Numbered from the stretch's first letter, positions 12,862 through 26,354 are shown. The stretch: DNA of 52,444 bases from Octopus bimaculoides (GCF_001194135.2 NC_068985.1:94467096-94519539), one strand, 5' to 3'. Program-made: numbers and translations. Notes: generated from the sequence alone by a model not told the origin.

Positions 12862-13585
12862 AAATAGCAAACCTAATGAATACCTCAGATATATTTAAAT
12901 ATTCATTCTAACCAGCATAAGCCATTACGTAACAATATTGTAAACAGTATATCTATTTGAATCTGAGATCTTTCCTATAATGAAGAAATATTCAATAATC
13001 ACGGACACTATTATAATTAAGTTTTAACTGCAAATGGATTTAAGTAACATATTAAATATATAAGATATACAAAACTTAAGAATTATGAAACACAAATGGA
13101 ATTAAGCCAGACTACACATAATATTAAATTTAAAAATACAACTAATTTTATCACTAGCAATAATATTTAAGCAATAGAAATAATACTAACAACTATAATA
13201 CCAGTAATGAAATATACAATAGTCTTAAAACACCAAATAATACTCAATATAACACTAGTTAAGGAGGTAGCATTACGAGAATACATAGCAATACTATAAT
13301 ATTAAAAGGATTTCAGCAAAATTCCAGTAATTATACATCCCAAAATATGCAAAACAATGGATATGACAGGACTTTGATAATCTAATAACACAATTTAATA
13401 ACAATAGTGATATACAAGCAGTAAAATTACCTAATTCTATTACAAATGATTCCAACACACACCATAACATATAATACCACACACCATAACAATCCTAATA
13501 CCATTAAATACCATTAAACCAAGGAACAGAAATATTCGACTAAATATTGCCCATGTAAAAATAAAAGTCTTGTCCTTTAGAAGTC
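12862..13585 (+). mobile_element. Degenerate Penelope-like element: RT thumb region to the Cys-rich linker preceding GIY-YIG
   Basis: Conceptual translation with stops and shifts gives SKPNEYLRYI-NIHSNQHKPLRNNIVNSIS...DLSYNEEIFNNHGHYYN*VLTANGFK (PLE-type KP.....YI...SNH motif), then KYCPCKNKSL-CPLE (CxCxxKxxCPL linker). Confidence 0.7.
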
Positions 13586-14229
13586 AATACACAACCTTAT
13601 TTACGTTTACATAAAATATAATAATGATATCCTCTAGTTTTATCGCTTTAAATATAAGAGCAACAATTAATCACTTTTATTTTATTACATTTATGGATTA
13701 CATGCTGAAGAAGAAATGAATTATGGGAATGCTATCTACACACATCAATTACGAATTCTTACCATAGGTTTTACAATGAATTTATTTTATTTTATTTTAT
13801 TTTTTCAAACTTTTTCGCTCAAATTCTTTTATACAACGCCATTCTCATCAGAGTTTAAATAGGATTTCCATCATTCGTTTTACTACACTGAAATTCATCC
13901 TTTTCTGTGACGGGTGGATATATTTCCCAATTATGGTCATCAACTTTAGATTTCATTTTGAGAGGTAGTATATTCATGAAACGATCATAAGAAGTTTAAA
14001 AGTTTTGATGATCATAGCAGTACTTTATCAATTTATCCATTAATACAATATTGCTTATATTGTATTATCTCTACTGTGATTTTTAAGATAAAACTTTTCC
14101 GACGTTTCCTGTCTAATATATAATCGCTTTAATTGAATCTCTAAATCCATATTAAGATTTTAGACATTTCTCATACCAAGAATACTATTCTGAAATCCAG
14201 TACACCTTATTCTCAAAGGATATATTTGT

Positions 14230-14480
14230 TTAAATATATATCCAAAAACATGGAACAAGAACACAACAGTTCACAATAAAACATCCGACAGATAGTTGAT
14301 ACAAAGATAGACAGGAAAAACAACCAAAAGACGGTCACGAAAAAACAAGGACGTGTCATTCATGGCCTTCTCTCCTCAGACAAGTTTCCAGATTATCCTT
14401 AGAGTTTCGGCCGGTTACATATATGCTCGAAATGACGAGTAGATATACGCTCGAAATGACGGGTAGATAGACAGGTGACA
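14230..14480 (-). repeat. Dispersed repeat fragment (related copy at about 25600-25670 in opposite orientation), with a 24-bp tandem duplication at 14422-14469
   Basis: Shared atggaacaagaa..caacag...acaa.aaa.cat segment; duplicated unit tatgctcgaaatgacgagtagata / tacgctcgaaatgacgggtagata. Confidence 0.45.
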
Positions 14481-14621
14481 ACTGATTAAGGGTCCTTTTT
14501 GTGATAACTACGTATTTCACCTGTTTTTGTACTGTAATTACTGACCACATTTTGTATCTATCGTGTGTACGTTAATTGCACCGTTGGTGACGTCCTGTAC
14601 CCATATATGCATGTGCATACA

Positions 14622-14671
<50 letters not shown>

Positions 14672-15398
14672 NNNNNNNNNNNNNNNNNNNNNNNNNNNNN
14701 NNNNNNNNNNNNNNNNNNNNNNNNNNNNNNNNNNNNNNNNNNNNNNNNNNNNNNNNNNNNNNNNNNNNNNNNNNNNNNNNNNNNNNNNNNNNNNNNNNNN
14801 NNNNNNNNNNNNNNNNNNNNNNNNNNNNNNNNNNNNNNNNNNNNNNNNNNNNNNNNNNNNNNNNNNNNNNNNNNNNNNNNNNNNNNNNNNNNNNNNNNNN
14901 NNNNNNNNNNNNNNNNNNNNNNNNNNNNNNNNNNNNNNNNNNNNNNNNNNNNNNNNNNNNNNNNNNNNNNNNNNNNNNNNNNNNNNNNNNNNNNNNNNNN
15001 NNNNNNNNNNNNNNNNNNNNNNNNNNNNNNNNNNNNNNNNNNNNNNNNNNNNNNNNNNNNNNNNNNNNNNNNNNNNNNNNNNNNNNNNNNNNNNNNNNNN
15101 NNNNNNNNNNNNNNNNNNNNNNNNNNNNNNNNNNNNNNNNNNNNNNNNNNNNNNNNNNNNNNNNNNNNNNNNNNNNNNNNNNNNNNNNNNNNNNNNNNNN
15201 NNNNNNNNNNNNNNNNNNNNNNNNNNNNNNNNNNNNNNNNNNNNNNNNNNNNNNNNNNNNNNNNNNNNNNNNNNNNNNNNNNNNNNNNNNNNNNNNNNNN
15301 NNNNNNNNNNNNNNNNNNNNNNNNNNNCGGGACTATTTCTGATGCACACTGAATTGAATTCATTAGGGCGAGGGATTTTATATATATATATATATATA

Positions 15399-16731
15399 CG
15401 AGGGTGAGTCAAAATGTAATGCCTTTTTCTTAATTTCATACGACGTTTTTGATAAAAAATAACTGAAAATTTTCCTAGTTACAAATGATTATATCATTTA
15501 AGTTCTGAAATATTTTGTTTCTAACTTTTCAGGTTCTTAGACTGGTAAGGAAAATTCAAAATTGCTGCCCCTAAGAGTTACGCCTAAAACAAAGAGCAGT
15601 GATTGAATTTCTTGTTGCTGAGGGGGAAACCCCTGTGAACATTCAGCGACGATTACAAAATGTTTTTGAGGAAAATACTTTACATTATAGTAATGCACGC
15701 AGGTGGGTCCGTTCTCTGAAATATTAAAAGGTTGGAACTGTGGGTGTAGCCGATAAACCCCGTTGTGGCCGTCTGTCCGCTTCTGTGAATCATGCCAATA
15801 AAGCAAAAGCAGATGCTCTGATCAGAGTAGACAGGCGCATAACTCTTGATGAGTTGGCAGAAAACCTTGAAGTGAGCCATAGAAGTGCTTACAACATAGT
15901 CGAATCACTTTGCTTTTCAAAATTGTGTGCCCGTTGGGTACCGAGAAGGCTGACTACCGATCGCAAGACTCATAGGGTCAATGCCTGCACTGAACTTCTC
16001 GAACAAAGTCAAAGTGACAACACCTTTCGAAGGCTCGTAACAGTTGATGAAACATAGGTTCATCATTATGAACCGGAATCAAAGAGGCAGTCAATGGAAT
16101 GGTGCCACTCTACGTCAACACCACCGAAAAAGTTCAAGATGCAAGAGTCAGCTGGAAAAATCATGGTGACTATCTTCTGGGATGCTGAAGGTGTCATTCT
16201 GGTCGATTTCGTGCCAAAAGGAAAAACAATAAACATTGAGGCCTATATTGAGACCCTGACAAGTCTCAGAGTAAGAATCCAACGAGTAAGACTCAAGTTG
16301 CTAATCGACAATATCCTCCTTCTGCATGACAATGCTCGACCACACACAAGCATCAGGACAAGGGAGACAATTGCCTTATTCGGGTGGACACCTTTACCGC
16401 ATGCTCCATACTCACCAGATTTAGCGCCTTGAGACTATCATCTCTACGGCCCAATGAAAAAGTGTTTGAGAGGCAAACATTATTCCAGTGACGAGGAAGT
16501 GAAATCTTTATTGAAGAAGTGGCTCAAAGAACAGTCAACAGAATTTTACGGGGCAGGGACACATGCTCTCATCAAAGGGGGAACATTGCTATTGAGAGAA
16601 ACGGTGACTATTTTGAGAAGTATGGATGTGATACACAGACGACCAGCTTCATTTCGATGTATGATACACGTTCCTGTGTTGGTAATTATACTTGTCCTAA
16701 ACGAAATGGCATTATTTTTGACTCACCCTCT
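15399..16731 (+). mobile_element. Mariner (Tc1/mariner, DD34D) DNA transposon, near full length (1333 bp), irritans-like
   Basis: Left TIR cgagggtgagtcaaaatgtaatgcc (15399-15423) and right TIR ggcattatttttgactcaccctct (16708-16731), flanked by TA on both sides; internal transposase remnants. Confidence 0.95.
15587..16622 (+). pseudogene. Mariner transposase pseudogene
   Basis: One frame from KQRAVIEFLV through WVPRRLT, VTVDET, HDNARPH, YSPDLAP*DYHL, with 34 residues between the 2nd and 3rd catalytic D. In-frame stops at 15725, 16055 and 16430; a frameshift near 16577 restores ...IERNGDYFEK. Confidence 0.93.
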
Positions 16732-17994
16732 TATATATGGATATTTGATATATACATATATAACTTCCAGTAGTTTGCCGTCGTAACAAATCACGAAATA
16801 GACTTCACATATTGTTTTCAGTGCGCAGAGAAATGGCTAAAATTTACCCTGTTTGTAATTATACCATATATTACATGTAGACGAAAACGGACTTGAAACC
16901 TCGACATTCTTTCATTTGTTAAAAATTAACGATTTGAATATTATTCAAAGTTAAAATATTAGGAAAACAAACTCTATTGCCATTAGAATAAAAATTATCA
17001 GAGGAGATTTCTTATATCCAATCCATTTGTGTCTTGTCTGTTTTGATTGACACATTCCCTTAGCAAATATTTCAAATTAATTTGGACAAGCTCTGGGCTA
17101 TTCTAAAATACTTACATTATGTAGAAGTGAGCGTTTAAACATCACGAATTTTCAAAATGTTGTTTACAAATTTAGCACTTGTGACACGGTACTTATTGGA
17201 TTTACAAATCTCCCAAAAGCAATAAGAGATTTAGAAAATAGACGCTCAAGTGTAAAAGATGAAAACTGAATTCACATGAGAAAACTACATTACACTTTAG
17301 ATATTTACGTAAGAAACAATATTTTCATCATAATATATTGGAAGCAAATCGGTGTGAACAGCATAGATAACTATTTGATAAAATTGTTTTCAAGAAATTA
17401 GATAGCAATGTCTGTTTCCTCACCCAACTGAAATGCTATTGGCATTTATTTAAAGCATAATTTTATGAAGAGGGTTACTTTCTTAAACAGACATCCTGTA
17501 AATTATGAATAAATGTTTTACGTATTTCCCCATGTCAGTTCGCTCTATTTGTACCAGACAAACAAAACTCCCTTTACTCATGTCTGCGAAGAATCTGATG
17601 CACTTTTTCCTTTTTGTATACACCGTGATTTACAGCAAGACATATTCCAGTATGAATGGCATAACGAATATAATCAAAATGCCTTCCATTATAGGGATAA
17701 ACATCAAATGCTAGTATGAGGCTTATTAACGTCTTGTAATAAGAAGGTACTGAGTCACTATTTAGACATTTTGGACTGTAACAAATGTTGGTACCAGAGG
17801 CGAAAATCCTTGAATTGACGGAATGGTTTTGGTCTCTTACATCGATGTTAGCATTTAAACCCGAGTCATTATCTCGACGCTCCAAGCATTCCCCAAATCT
17901 ACCACCCTAATATCACCAACATTAATGACTAGCAGCATTAAGCATAATGATATAACTATATATCAACGTCTTCTGTAATATTCGTTTCAAATAT

Positions 17995-18170
17995 TGGTAC
18001 AAGAATTTTCTTGGGAGTAGGAGTCAATTATATTGACCCCTGTAATCAACTGGTGTGGTATGTATTTTATGAACTCTGAAATGCTGAAATGCAAGGTTGG
18101 CCTCGGCGGAATTAGAACTAAGGATGTAAAGACAGACGGTGTGCTAACTGTTTGACCAGCACGCCACCTT
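17995..18170 (-). mobile_element. SINE family B, degenerate
   Basis: aaggttggcctcggcggaattagaactaaggatgtaaagacagacg...gtgctaac matches the 34925-35111 copy. Confidence 0.7.
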
Positions 18171-18806
18171 AACTCTTCCGTAATATAACCCGCAGTTATG
18201 ATCGCATTGTTTGTGTAATTTTAGAGGAAACTACAGTAAAAATACGGAAAATGCTGCCTATACTATATGAATGCCCTTGATTGCATCATTCCGACAGCTG
18301 TTATAAGTAACATTCACTTGTTCCCTTATATCGATCAGTAAAATCGCGAGATGAATGAACAAAGTTTTACAGAACATCATATCACAAAAAAAAAAATTGT
18401 TTATAATACTTGTACAGATACAAATAGCAATAAAACTGATTCTGTCGATACGTTTATAAATGGTGAGTATACACTGTAAGTTATATACGTAGTATTTAAA
18501 ACAAAAAAAAGAACGAATATATTTTCGAATTATTCTAAATTGAATAAATCAGTCAAGATTATTTCAATGCTATGAAATCCTATAATTCAGCTGGTTTCAT
18601 GAACGCTTATTTAATATTTTCGTCTATACACAAAATCCTGTAAATCGACCGAACGGATATTTGTGATAAGAAAAATGTACATAATATTTATATCGATTAA
18701 TAATTCAGTAAATCGGTAACTAATACAGCTTAAACAAAATATCATTTTTCTGATACGTATTACAAAATTTAGGAAGATAAAAATATTATCAGGTGTTTTC
18801 CAATGT

Positions 18807-19223
18807 AACACACACATCATCCAAGAGGGTGAAAGAATAATCGACGGCACGCAACCTACCATCGTTATTTTCTTACAGAATGTAAACAAACCAGTCAACC
18901 GAAATCCAGCGACGTACACCCAGGCAGAGTAATGCTGCCGGACAAGATTGTCTTTGATCTCTGTTGTGCATGCGCAGTACGTTTTAACGTTCTAACTCAC
19001 TTCCGCTGTTTACACAAAGTGTTTTTACGGAAACTCAGCATAGAATCAAGTATATCTAATGTATATTATATTAGGCTTCGCTTTTGTGCATCATTAACAA
19101 GATTCTTGATGTGTACGTCGCTGGATTTCGGTTGACTGGTTTGTTTACATTCTGTAAGAAAATAACGATGGTAGGTTGCGTGCCGTCGATTATTCTTTCA
19201 CCCTCTTGGATGATGTGTGTGTT
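18807..19223. repeat. Perfect inverted repeat, 113-bp arms with a 191-bp spacer
   Basis: 18807-18919 is the exact reverse complement of 19111-19223 (checked by eye). Confidence 0.95.
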
Positions 19224-20639
19224 TTGCTAATAATAGTATTGGTGATGGCAATAATGCGACCCTGATGAGATGGAGTATCCAGAAATTTGTAATATGTTGT
19301 AATTTGTTACAATATTTTACGAGACATCTTATGATGTGGTTTATTTTTCCGGGATACCCTATTGAAATGTGCATAGGTTTGGCTTATTGTGGTTGTTTCT
19401 GTTATTATAATTGTTGCTGCAATAAAGTATCTTCAATGCATTGATTTTGAGCTCTATCCTTTAAGAGACATGTATACATATATNNNNNNNNNNNNNNNNN
19501 NNNNNNNNNNNNNNNNNNNNNNNNNNNNNNNNNNNNNNNNNNNNNNNNNNNNNNNNNNNNNNNNNNNNNNNNNNNNNNNNNNNNNNNNNNNNNNNNNNNN
19601 NNNNNNNNNNNNNNNNNNNNNNNNNNNNNNNNNNNNNNNNNNNNNNNNNNNNNNNNNNNNNNNNNNNNNNNNNNNNNNNNNNNNNNNNNNNNNNNNNNNN
19701 NNNNNNNNNNNNNNNNNNNNNNNNNNNNNNNNNNNNNNNNNNNNNNNNNNNNNNNNNNNNNNNNNNNNNNNNNNNNNNNNNNNNNNNNNNNNNNNNNNNN
19801 NNNNNNNNNNNNNNNNNNNNNNNNNNNNNNNNNNNNNNNNNNNNNNNNNNNNNNNNNNNNNNNNNNNNNNNNNNNNNNNNNNNNNNNNNNNNNNNNNNNN
19901 NNNNNNNNNNNNNNNNNNNNNNNNNNNNNNNNNNNNNNNNNNNNNNNNNNNNNNNNNNNNNNNNNNNNNNNNNNNNNNNNNNNNNNNNNNNNNNNNNNNN
20001 NNNNNNNNNNNNNNNNNNNNNNNNNNNNNNNNNNNNNNNNNNNNNNNNNNNNNNNNNNNNNNNNNNNNNNNNNNNNNNNNNNNNNNNNNNNNNNNNNNNN
20101 NNNNNNNNNNNNNNNNNNNNNNNNNNNNNNNNNNNNNNNNNNNNNNNNNNNNNNNNNNNNNNNNNNNNNNNNNNNNNNNNNNNNNNNNNNNNNNNNNNNN
20201 NNNNNNNNNNNNNNNNNNNNNNNNNNNNNNNNNNNNNNNNNNNNNNNNNNNNNNNNNNNNNNNNNNNNNNNNNNNNNNNNNNNNNNNNNNNNNNNNNNNN
20301 NNNNNNNNNNNNNNNNNNNNNNNNNNNNNNNNNNNNNNNNNNNNNNNNNNNNNNNNNNNNNNNNNNNNNNNNNNNNNNNNNNNNNNNNNNNNNNNNNNNN
20401 NNNNNNNNNNNNNNNNNNNNNNNNNNNNNNNNNNNNATATATATATATATATATATATATATATGGTAAATGAGTATATGCATATACACGTACAGGTATG
20501 TGCATACCGACATCCACCTGTATGTATAGGTGCATATCTGGGTACAGGGCATTGCAAACAAAACGTAGACAAGAAAACACGCACGCCACATATATATAAG
20601 GCCTACTTGCTTAAAAATGTAAAAGATAAAAGACAAACA

Positions 20640-20752
20640 AACGTAGCTGTTTGGTGACAAGCTTGCTACCCAACAACATGTTTCTGCGTTCAGTCCCACT
20701 GCCCGGCAACTTGGGTAAATGTCTTCGACTATATCTTCGGCTCGACCAAACG
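20640..20752 (+). mobile_element. SINE family A, 5' fragment
   Basis: gtagctgtttggtgacaagcttgctacccaacaacatgtttctgcgttcagtcccactgcccggcaacttgggtaaatgtcttcgactata matches the head. Confidence 0.75.
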
Positions 20753-22616
20753 ACTGTTTTAAAATCCATAGATCATTTGAGCAGCTATTATTGTCTATCT
20801 ACATGAAATTTGAGCATTCATTATTGTCTATTTCTGTAAAATTTATGAAACATTGGAACTTGTATGAACATTTAATTTTTTGAAACATTACGTTCCGAAT
20901 TTTCTCTTGTACTTTCAATGTCCACTACGCTCTTTTGACTTGCCACTGATAAACAAAAGATTTGCGGAAATCGATGTCGTATTTTGTTAACTTCGTTATA
21001 AAATTCAAAACATCAATTGGTGTTATAACTCAGGTGTATTTTCTCCTATGTATATATGTATATATATATATATATATATAGGTGTGTGTGTGCATTTATT
21101 GTTAGTCTTTAGAATACTCTGTATTAAAACTCTTACATACAGAGCAATTTCTTTTCATTCGTATTTATAAGAAATCCATAACGACGCAAGCAACGGATCG
21201 GCTGTCTTACTCCGTATATTTGTAGTTCGATAAATGTTTATCAACCTTACTCTCTGCCTGATGTAGTCTTTCTCGAAATATTCAATATTATAAGCAAAGA
21301 AGTGTTGTCATTTATAAACATAAACAAGTCACCCATATTTCAGATTCATAACTTTCTTCAATTAGTTTCTACAATTATTTTTTTCATTCTTACAATCCCT
21401 AGCGAGACAAATGCCACCGAAAAGTATTAAAACTTTCGAAATCAACATTAAGTTGTAAATAGGTAAGAACACTTCAATCAAAGAAGAATCGCTAAAATAT
21501 CCACAAAGAAAGAAAATCAGACACAGATGAAATGCATGACGACAATAATATTTCGGGAGTTTTGTGTCAAGAATTCTTTCGCTTTACATTCTAACCTGTT
21601 TCCAAAGGAAATTAATCTGCATGCGCCGCCTAATTTTATGTTAGGTTTATCGTTGTAATTCGTGCGTCGCCAATCTGATTTCACTGGCTTTGCTATCAGG
21701 AATTAACTCCGGAGGAATTGGTTACAGGAAATATATATTTAATGAGAAATCTTTGTCGATGTTACGCCAAACCATCAATGTTATGATTAGCTCACTTCCA
21801 GGTGCAATCTACTTATCTCAAATTCTCTTTAGAAGGAAACAATCGAAACGTGTTTTCTTTCTTAAACAGGCAACAACTGGCCTATGATAAGAAGCACATA
21901 AATCTTTAGTCATTTCTTTTCCATTCTTATCATTGGATCTAATTCCCGTGTCAGATATATATTGAGCGCGCTGACTGCAGAAACGTGTATTATTATAAGA
22001 ATTTGCTTTATCTGGTAAGTGTAAGCAGATTCGTCTACTGATAATGAGGTAGAGTCTACGAAAAGGACGTCTACGGAAAGGAAGTTATTTTATTAATCTA
22101 ATCAAGTTGAATCATAAGCGCACAATATTTTTATGAAGGATTCGGTAAAATATATGCTCTCGAAGTCATAAAAGTTGAAAGAGAAATCTAAAGAAAATTT
22201 TTGATAAAGAATATAATAAAACCTTATTAAATTATGAAACAACGCTGTTCGCTTCTCAAATCAGAACATAAGCAAAGCACACAAATAATGCAATCACAGT
22301 GTTTGAAACCAAAGGAATCAAAATGGAATAAATTCTATAGCAATTAACTAGCTCTAATGGAATCAATAACAACGGTAAATGTGATACACACAATCAGGTG
22401 TAAAGTGAAAGAAGAAAAAGAGACAATGGAAACACGACATTCACCTTTTAAAAAGAGGAGAATAAACCTAATATCAAAGTGTTACACATATACAGGCATA
22501 AAATGGAAAAAGATAAAAAATATTTATTGTACGTATCTTATACAAGTACATAAGCGCATGATATTAGGCAAAACTCATGCATATATATATATATATATGT
22601 ATGTATGTATGTGTGT

Positions 22617-22655
<39 letters not shown>

Positions 22656-22935
22656 CATATATAGATAAATAGATAGATTGATAGATGCAAATATACATAC
22701 CTGAATATATTGGTGAATATGTATGTACAAGTACAAAAATACAATAAATTATAATAAATATATACGTCTAAATATATACAAACATATGTACATAATACAT
22801 GTAAATGCACACACATATACACGCACATGCATGTAAGCATAATATACATATATACCTGTATTCTTATTACATAACAATTACACACTCAGATATAATAATA
22901 GTAATAATGATAATAATAATAATAATAATAATAAT

Positions 22936-23123
22936 TTACTTACAAGTATATATAACATACAGAAAATTGCACTACTGGGCACTGCGCACATCCTACGCAA
23001 AATACTGTCCATGCAGTAACCATAAGAGCATCACAGCAAACCACAGCACGTACCCAAGGCACACAGAGCTCCGCTCGGTAGTGAAGTGAAAGCACGCTAT
23101 AAAAATAAAACTACTGTAAATTA

Positions 23124-23124
<1 letters not shown>
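22936..23124 (+). mobile_element. R4/Dong-like 3'-terminal stub inserted in a (TAA)n array
   Basis: Encodes LLTSIYNIQKIALLGTAHILRKILSMQ* (stop 23017-23019), the typical C-terminus of RLE-clade R4/Dong ORFs, followed by about 105 bp of 3' UTR; (AAT)n lies on both sides (about 22905-22935 and 23125-23186). Confidence 0.85.
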
Positions 23125-23186
<62 letters not shown>

Positions 23187-24617
23187 GCTTCGCGCTGAAT
23201 ATCAAGTGAGAGCTCCGCATTTAATAGCAACATAGATGTTCTACACCGGACTCTCAACTCAAAAAGAAAGCTAATCTAATAACATCGGTGGAATGGGATA
23301 AAAGAACATGTGGAAGATTTAAAGGAAGCGGTCTTTTAATGGAAATAATCACAAAAACGATGTTTTAGTGCCATACAAAGCACGGTTCCTCCTATGCAAG
23401 ATGTTTCAGTGAAACATATGCGAAACACACACGTGAAATCGACACCGGTGAGTTTACAACATATAAAATACAGATGGAACAACGCAGTAAGTACATAAAT
23501 TGAGTGCTTACGCATACACTGGAATGTCTACACAATTATATATATATATGTATATATNNNNNNNNNNNNNNNNNNNNNNNNNNNNNNNNNNNNNNNNNNN
23601 NNNNNNNNNNNNNNNNNNNNNNNNNNNNNNNNNNNNNNNNNNNNNNNNNNNNNNNNNNNNNNNNNNNNNNNNNNNNNNNNNNNNNNNNNNNNNNNNNNNN
23701 NNNNNNNNNNNNNNNNNNNNNNNNNNNNNNNNNNNNNNNNNNNNNNCCATAGGACTACACATGCATCCCAACGTTTATGTAATCGAAATGCGCTCTCTCT
23801 TCAAACTCCACCGGACGTTGAGGGACGGGAGGCGGTGGTGAGAAGTGATTGATCCACGTTTATTGACGTTAAGCTTCAGTCTCGTAACTCCCGATGATAG
23901 TTGTACAACGTCTGATGATATCAGTCCCGCCCAGCTACAGCAACATTCACAAAAAGTGAATGAAATAGATGTATCGTTTTTTGTCAGATACTATCAATAA
24001 AACTTACAAACACACACATATTGAGACACCCACACAATGAGACACACACAACGAGACATACACACACAATCATACATACACAATGAGAAACACACACTTT
24101 CACGCACAATGAGACGCACACGTGTGTTTAGTTACATGAAAGTGAATGTATTGCATTTTTTATGTAAACTAATGCATTGTTGTTTAATTTTGTATATTGT
24201 TATCCTTACTGTTATATATTCCTTATTTAATTTCTATAGAGTTGATACATTCATATTTTCTATGTAACATTCAATGGTTTTTACATTAAATTTAATCCTA
24301 ACATGATGTTCTGTAAAGTTATTTTACTTCCTGAGCTAATTGAAATTTTAGTATCTCCGTTTCTTCTGTAGAACGTTGCCAAAAGGTTTAGACCGTGCCC
24401 GGATTTGATTCTTGTATTCGTAAATATAACAAACAAATTATTAATCGGTGTGGCATGCTGAAAGTGTCTCCCTATGTATTGTTCTTACTTCCTACTGTAG
24501 GTCTCTCCCGTGTAAATATGTTGCTATTAGAGAAACATAATTCCGGAATCAAAATTTATTTTAGAAAACTTATAATATGCAGTTAAATCGTTTACATTGC
24601 TTTTATCGTTCCCATTA

Positions 24618-24660
<43 letters not shown>

Positions 24661-25790
24661 TCTGTGTGTGAGTGTGTGCTTGTGTTTGTGTGTATAGATA
24701 GATATATAGATAGATAGATAGATAGATATTTATGCATGTATGTGTGTAACCTAAGCGTATATTCCTTATTGAAATATAATACGGAAATGCTTTCGAATGC
24801 AATATGAACGCCAAATAATGGTTGCACTTTAACAAATGTGTATTACAGTCCATTAAAATTCTATATAACAAAAGCGATCACTACGATGAAGCAATCACAT
24901 TCATGAGAGCATGAAGAAATTTTATCTGAAAATACACACTATTAACTCCAGTACTTTGTGCTTAAATCTCCATTCAACAGACAAGAATTACTGTCAAATT
25001 TACACCAGTTTCTCGTGTTTCCTTTCTTCTTAGTCGTACACTGTCATATACAGGTTGAATACAAATTATAATGTTAAGATTATCTATTTAACAATGGTAC
25101 ATTTATCTCGAAGTTCATTCCGCTAAGAGATCAAATGAATGGGGAACTATTCATTTCTATCAATTACAAACAATATATCGCCATATATCCGGTGTTCGAC
25201 GTGATAGGAGAAATGTAGAGAAAAGGTAAAGAACTGTAAAAAAAAAAACGTCCATGCGTTACTTCCTAAATACAATTTCATTTGGAAGATGATTATAATA
25301 GCAATAATGAAGACGCTGTGTTAAATGTCGACAGGAATTGATGAACATATCGATATAATGCTTGTGAATAGATGCATCATAAAAACAGAATTAGAGCTAG
25401 GTATAGTGTTTTGGATTTAGTGACAAGTATTAATACATGATAGCATTATTTTATGTAAACTCATAATTATATTGATTTTTGAGATATATGCAGGTTAAGT
25501 AAACAGAGATGACTTTCACGGTAAATCAGTTAGACAGTGTCTCGATGGTTGCTACAAATTGCGTGATTTGGAGCAGAATTTCCTGTGAAAATATAGGATA
25601 AAAGTACATATATGATTTGTTGTCGTCTGTTGCATTCTTGTTCCATTTTTGGGAATTATATATATATATAACCTCGTGGGCAGCGGTGCAATTTTCCTCT
25701 TCCTCCGTTTTTCCATTCTCCGAACTTTCTGTCTTTCCGGTCCTCACTTTGTTATTTTTTTTGTTATTGTTTTTTTGTGTTTTTTGAACT

Positions 25791-25805
<15 letters not shown>

Positions 25806-25854
<49 letters not shown>

Positions 25855-25859
25855 GATAG

Positions 25860-25935
<76 letters not shown>
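25806..25935. repeat. Compound (AG)n/(GATA)n microsatellite
   Basis: Directly visible. Confidence 0.95.
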
Positions 25936-26124
25936 TTCATTTATGAACTATTAAAGTACAAAGTAGAGCTCGTTCACCTTTAGAATTACCAAATAGCCAG
26001 TAGTATTAAGTATATTCCAAGTCTAAACGTACTCAGGTGTAAGGAAAATGTGTCACAGTCGCTGTTAGAAAAGAAGGAAGATGAAAGAGAACGATTTACC
26101 GCTTGAAATATTATCACTAATGTA

Positions 26125-26212
26125 CAGCAATCTATCGACTATCGCGGGTGTTACGTTCCACCACCCCACCCCCGTGATAGATGAAAACCCGCGAAGTAGA
26201 AACGGTACTGTA

Positions 26213-26215
<3 letters not shown>
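26125..26215 (+). mobile_element. 5' end of a pogo/Tigger-like non-autonomous DNA transposon
   Basis: TA|cagcaatctatcgactatcgcgggtgttacgttcc resembles CAGT(A)-starting Tigger-type termini; the right TIR was not found. Confidence 0.45.
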
Positions 26216-26249
<34 letters not shown>

Positions 26250-26299
26250 GTGGCTGACCCCTAAGGGTGGATGTTACGAGGTGTTAACAGTAACTGCAC

Positions 26300-26349
<50 letters not shown>

Positions 26350-26354
<5 letters not shown>

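Noticed and set aside
14095-14180. GAAACGTC with a 7-bp upstream stem on the minus strand (also similar sequence at about 33365-33420)
   Set aside because: The CUGANGA half of the core is not recognisable; at most a decayed PLE-type motif.
14360-14415. Possible type II hammerhead on the minus strand (ggccGAAActc...CTGAGGAgagaaggcc)
   Set aside because: Stems I and III do not pair convincingly and no valid NUH context can be built.
17505-17885. Three overlapping short ORFs with a plausible acceptor
   Set aside because: No recognisable domain or donor site; cannot choose a frame; unsupported.
21403-21462. 60-nt segment with a good acceptor and a G|GTAAGA donor
   Set aside because: All three frames contain a stop; it could only be a non-coding exon, and there is no independent support.
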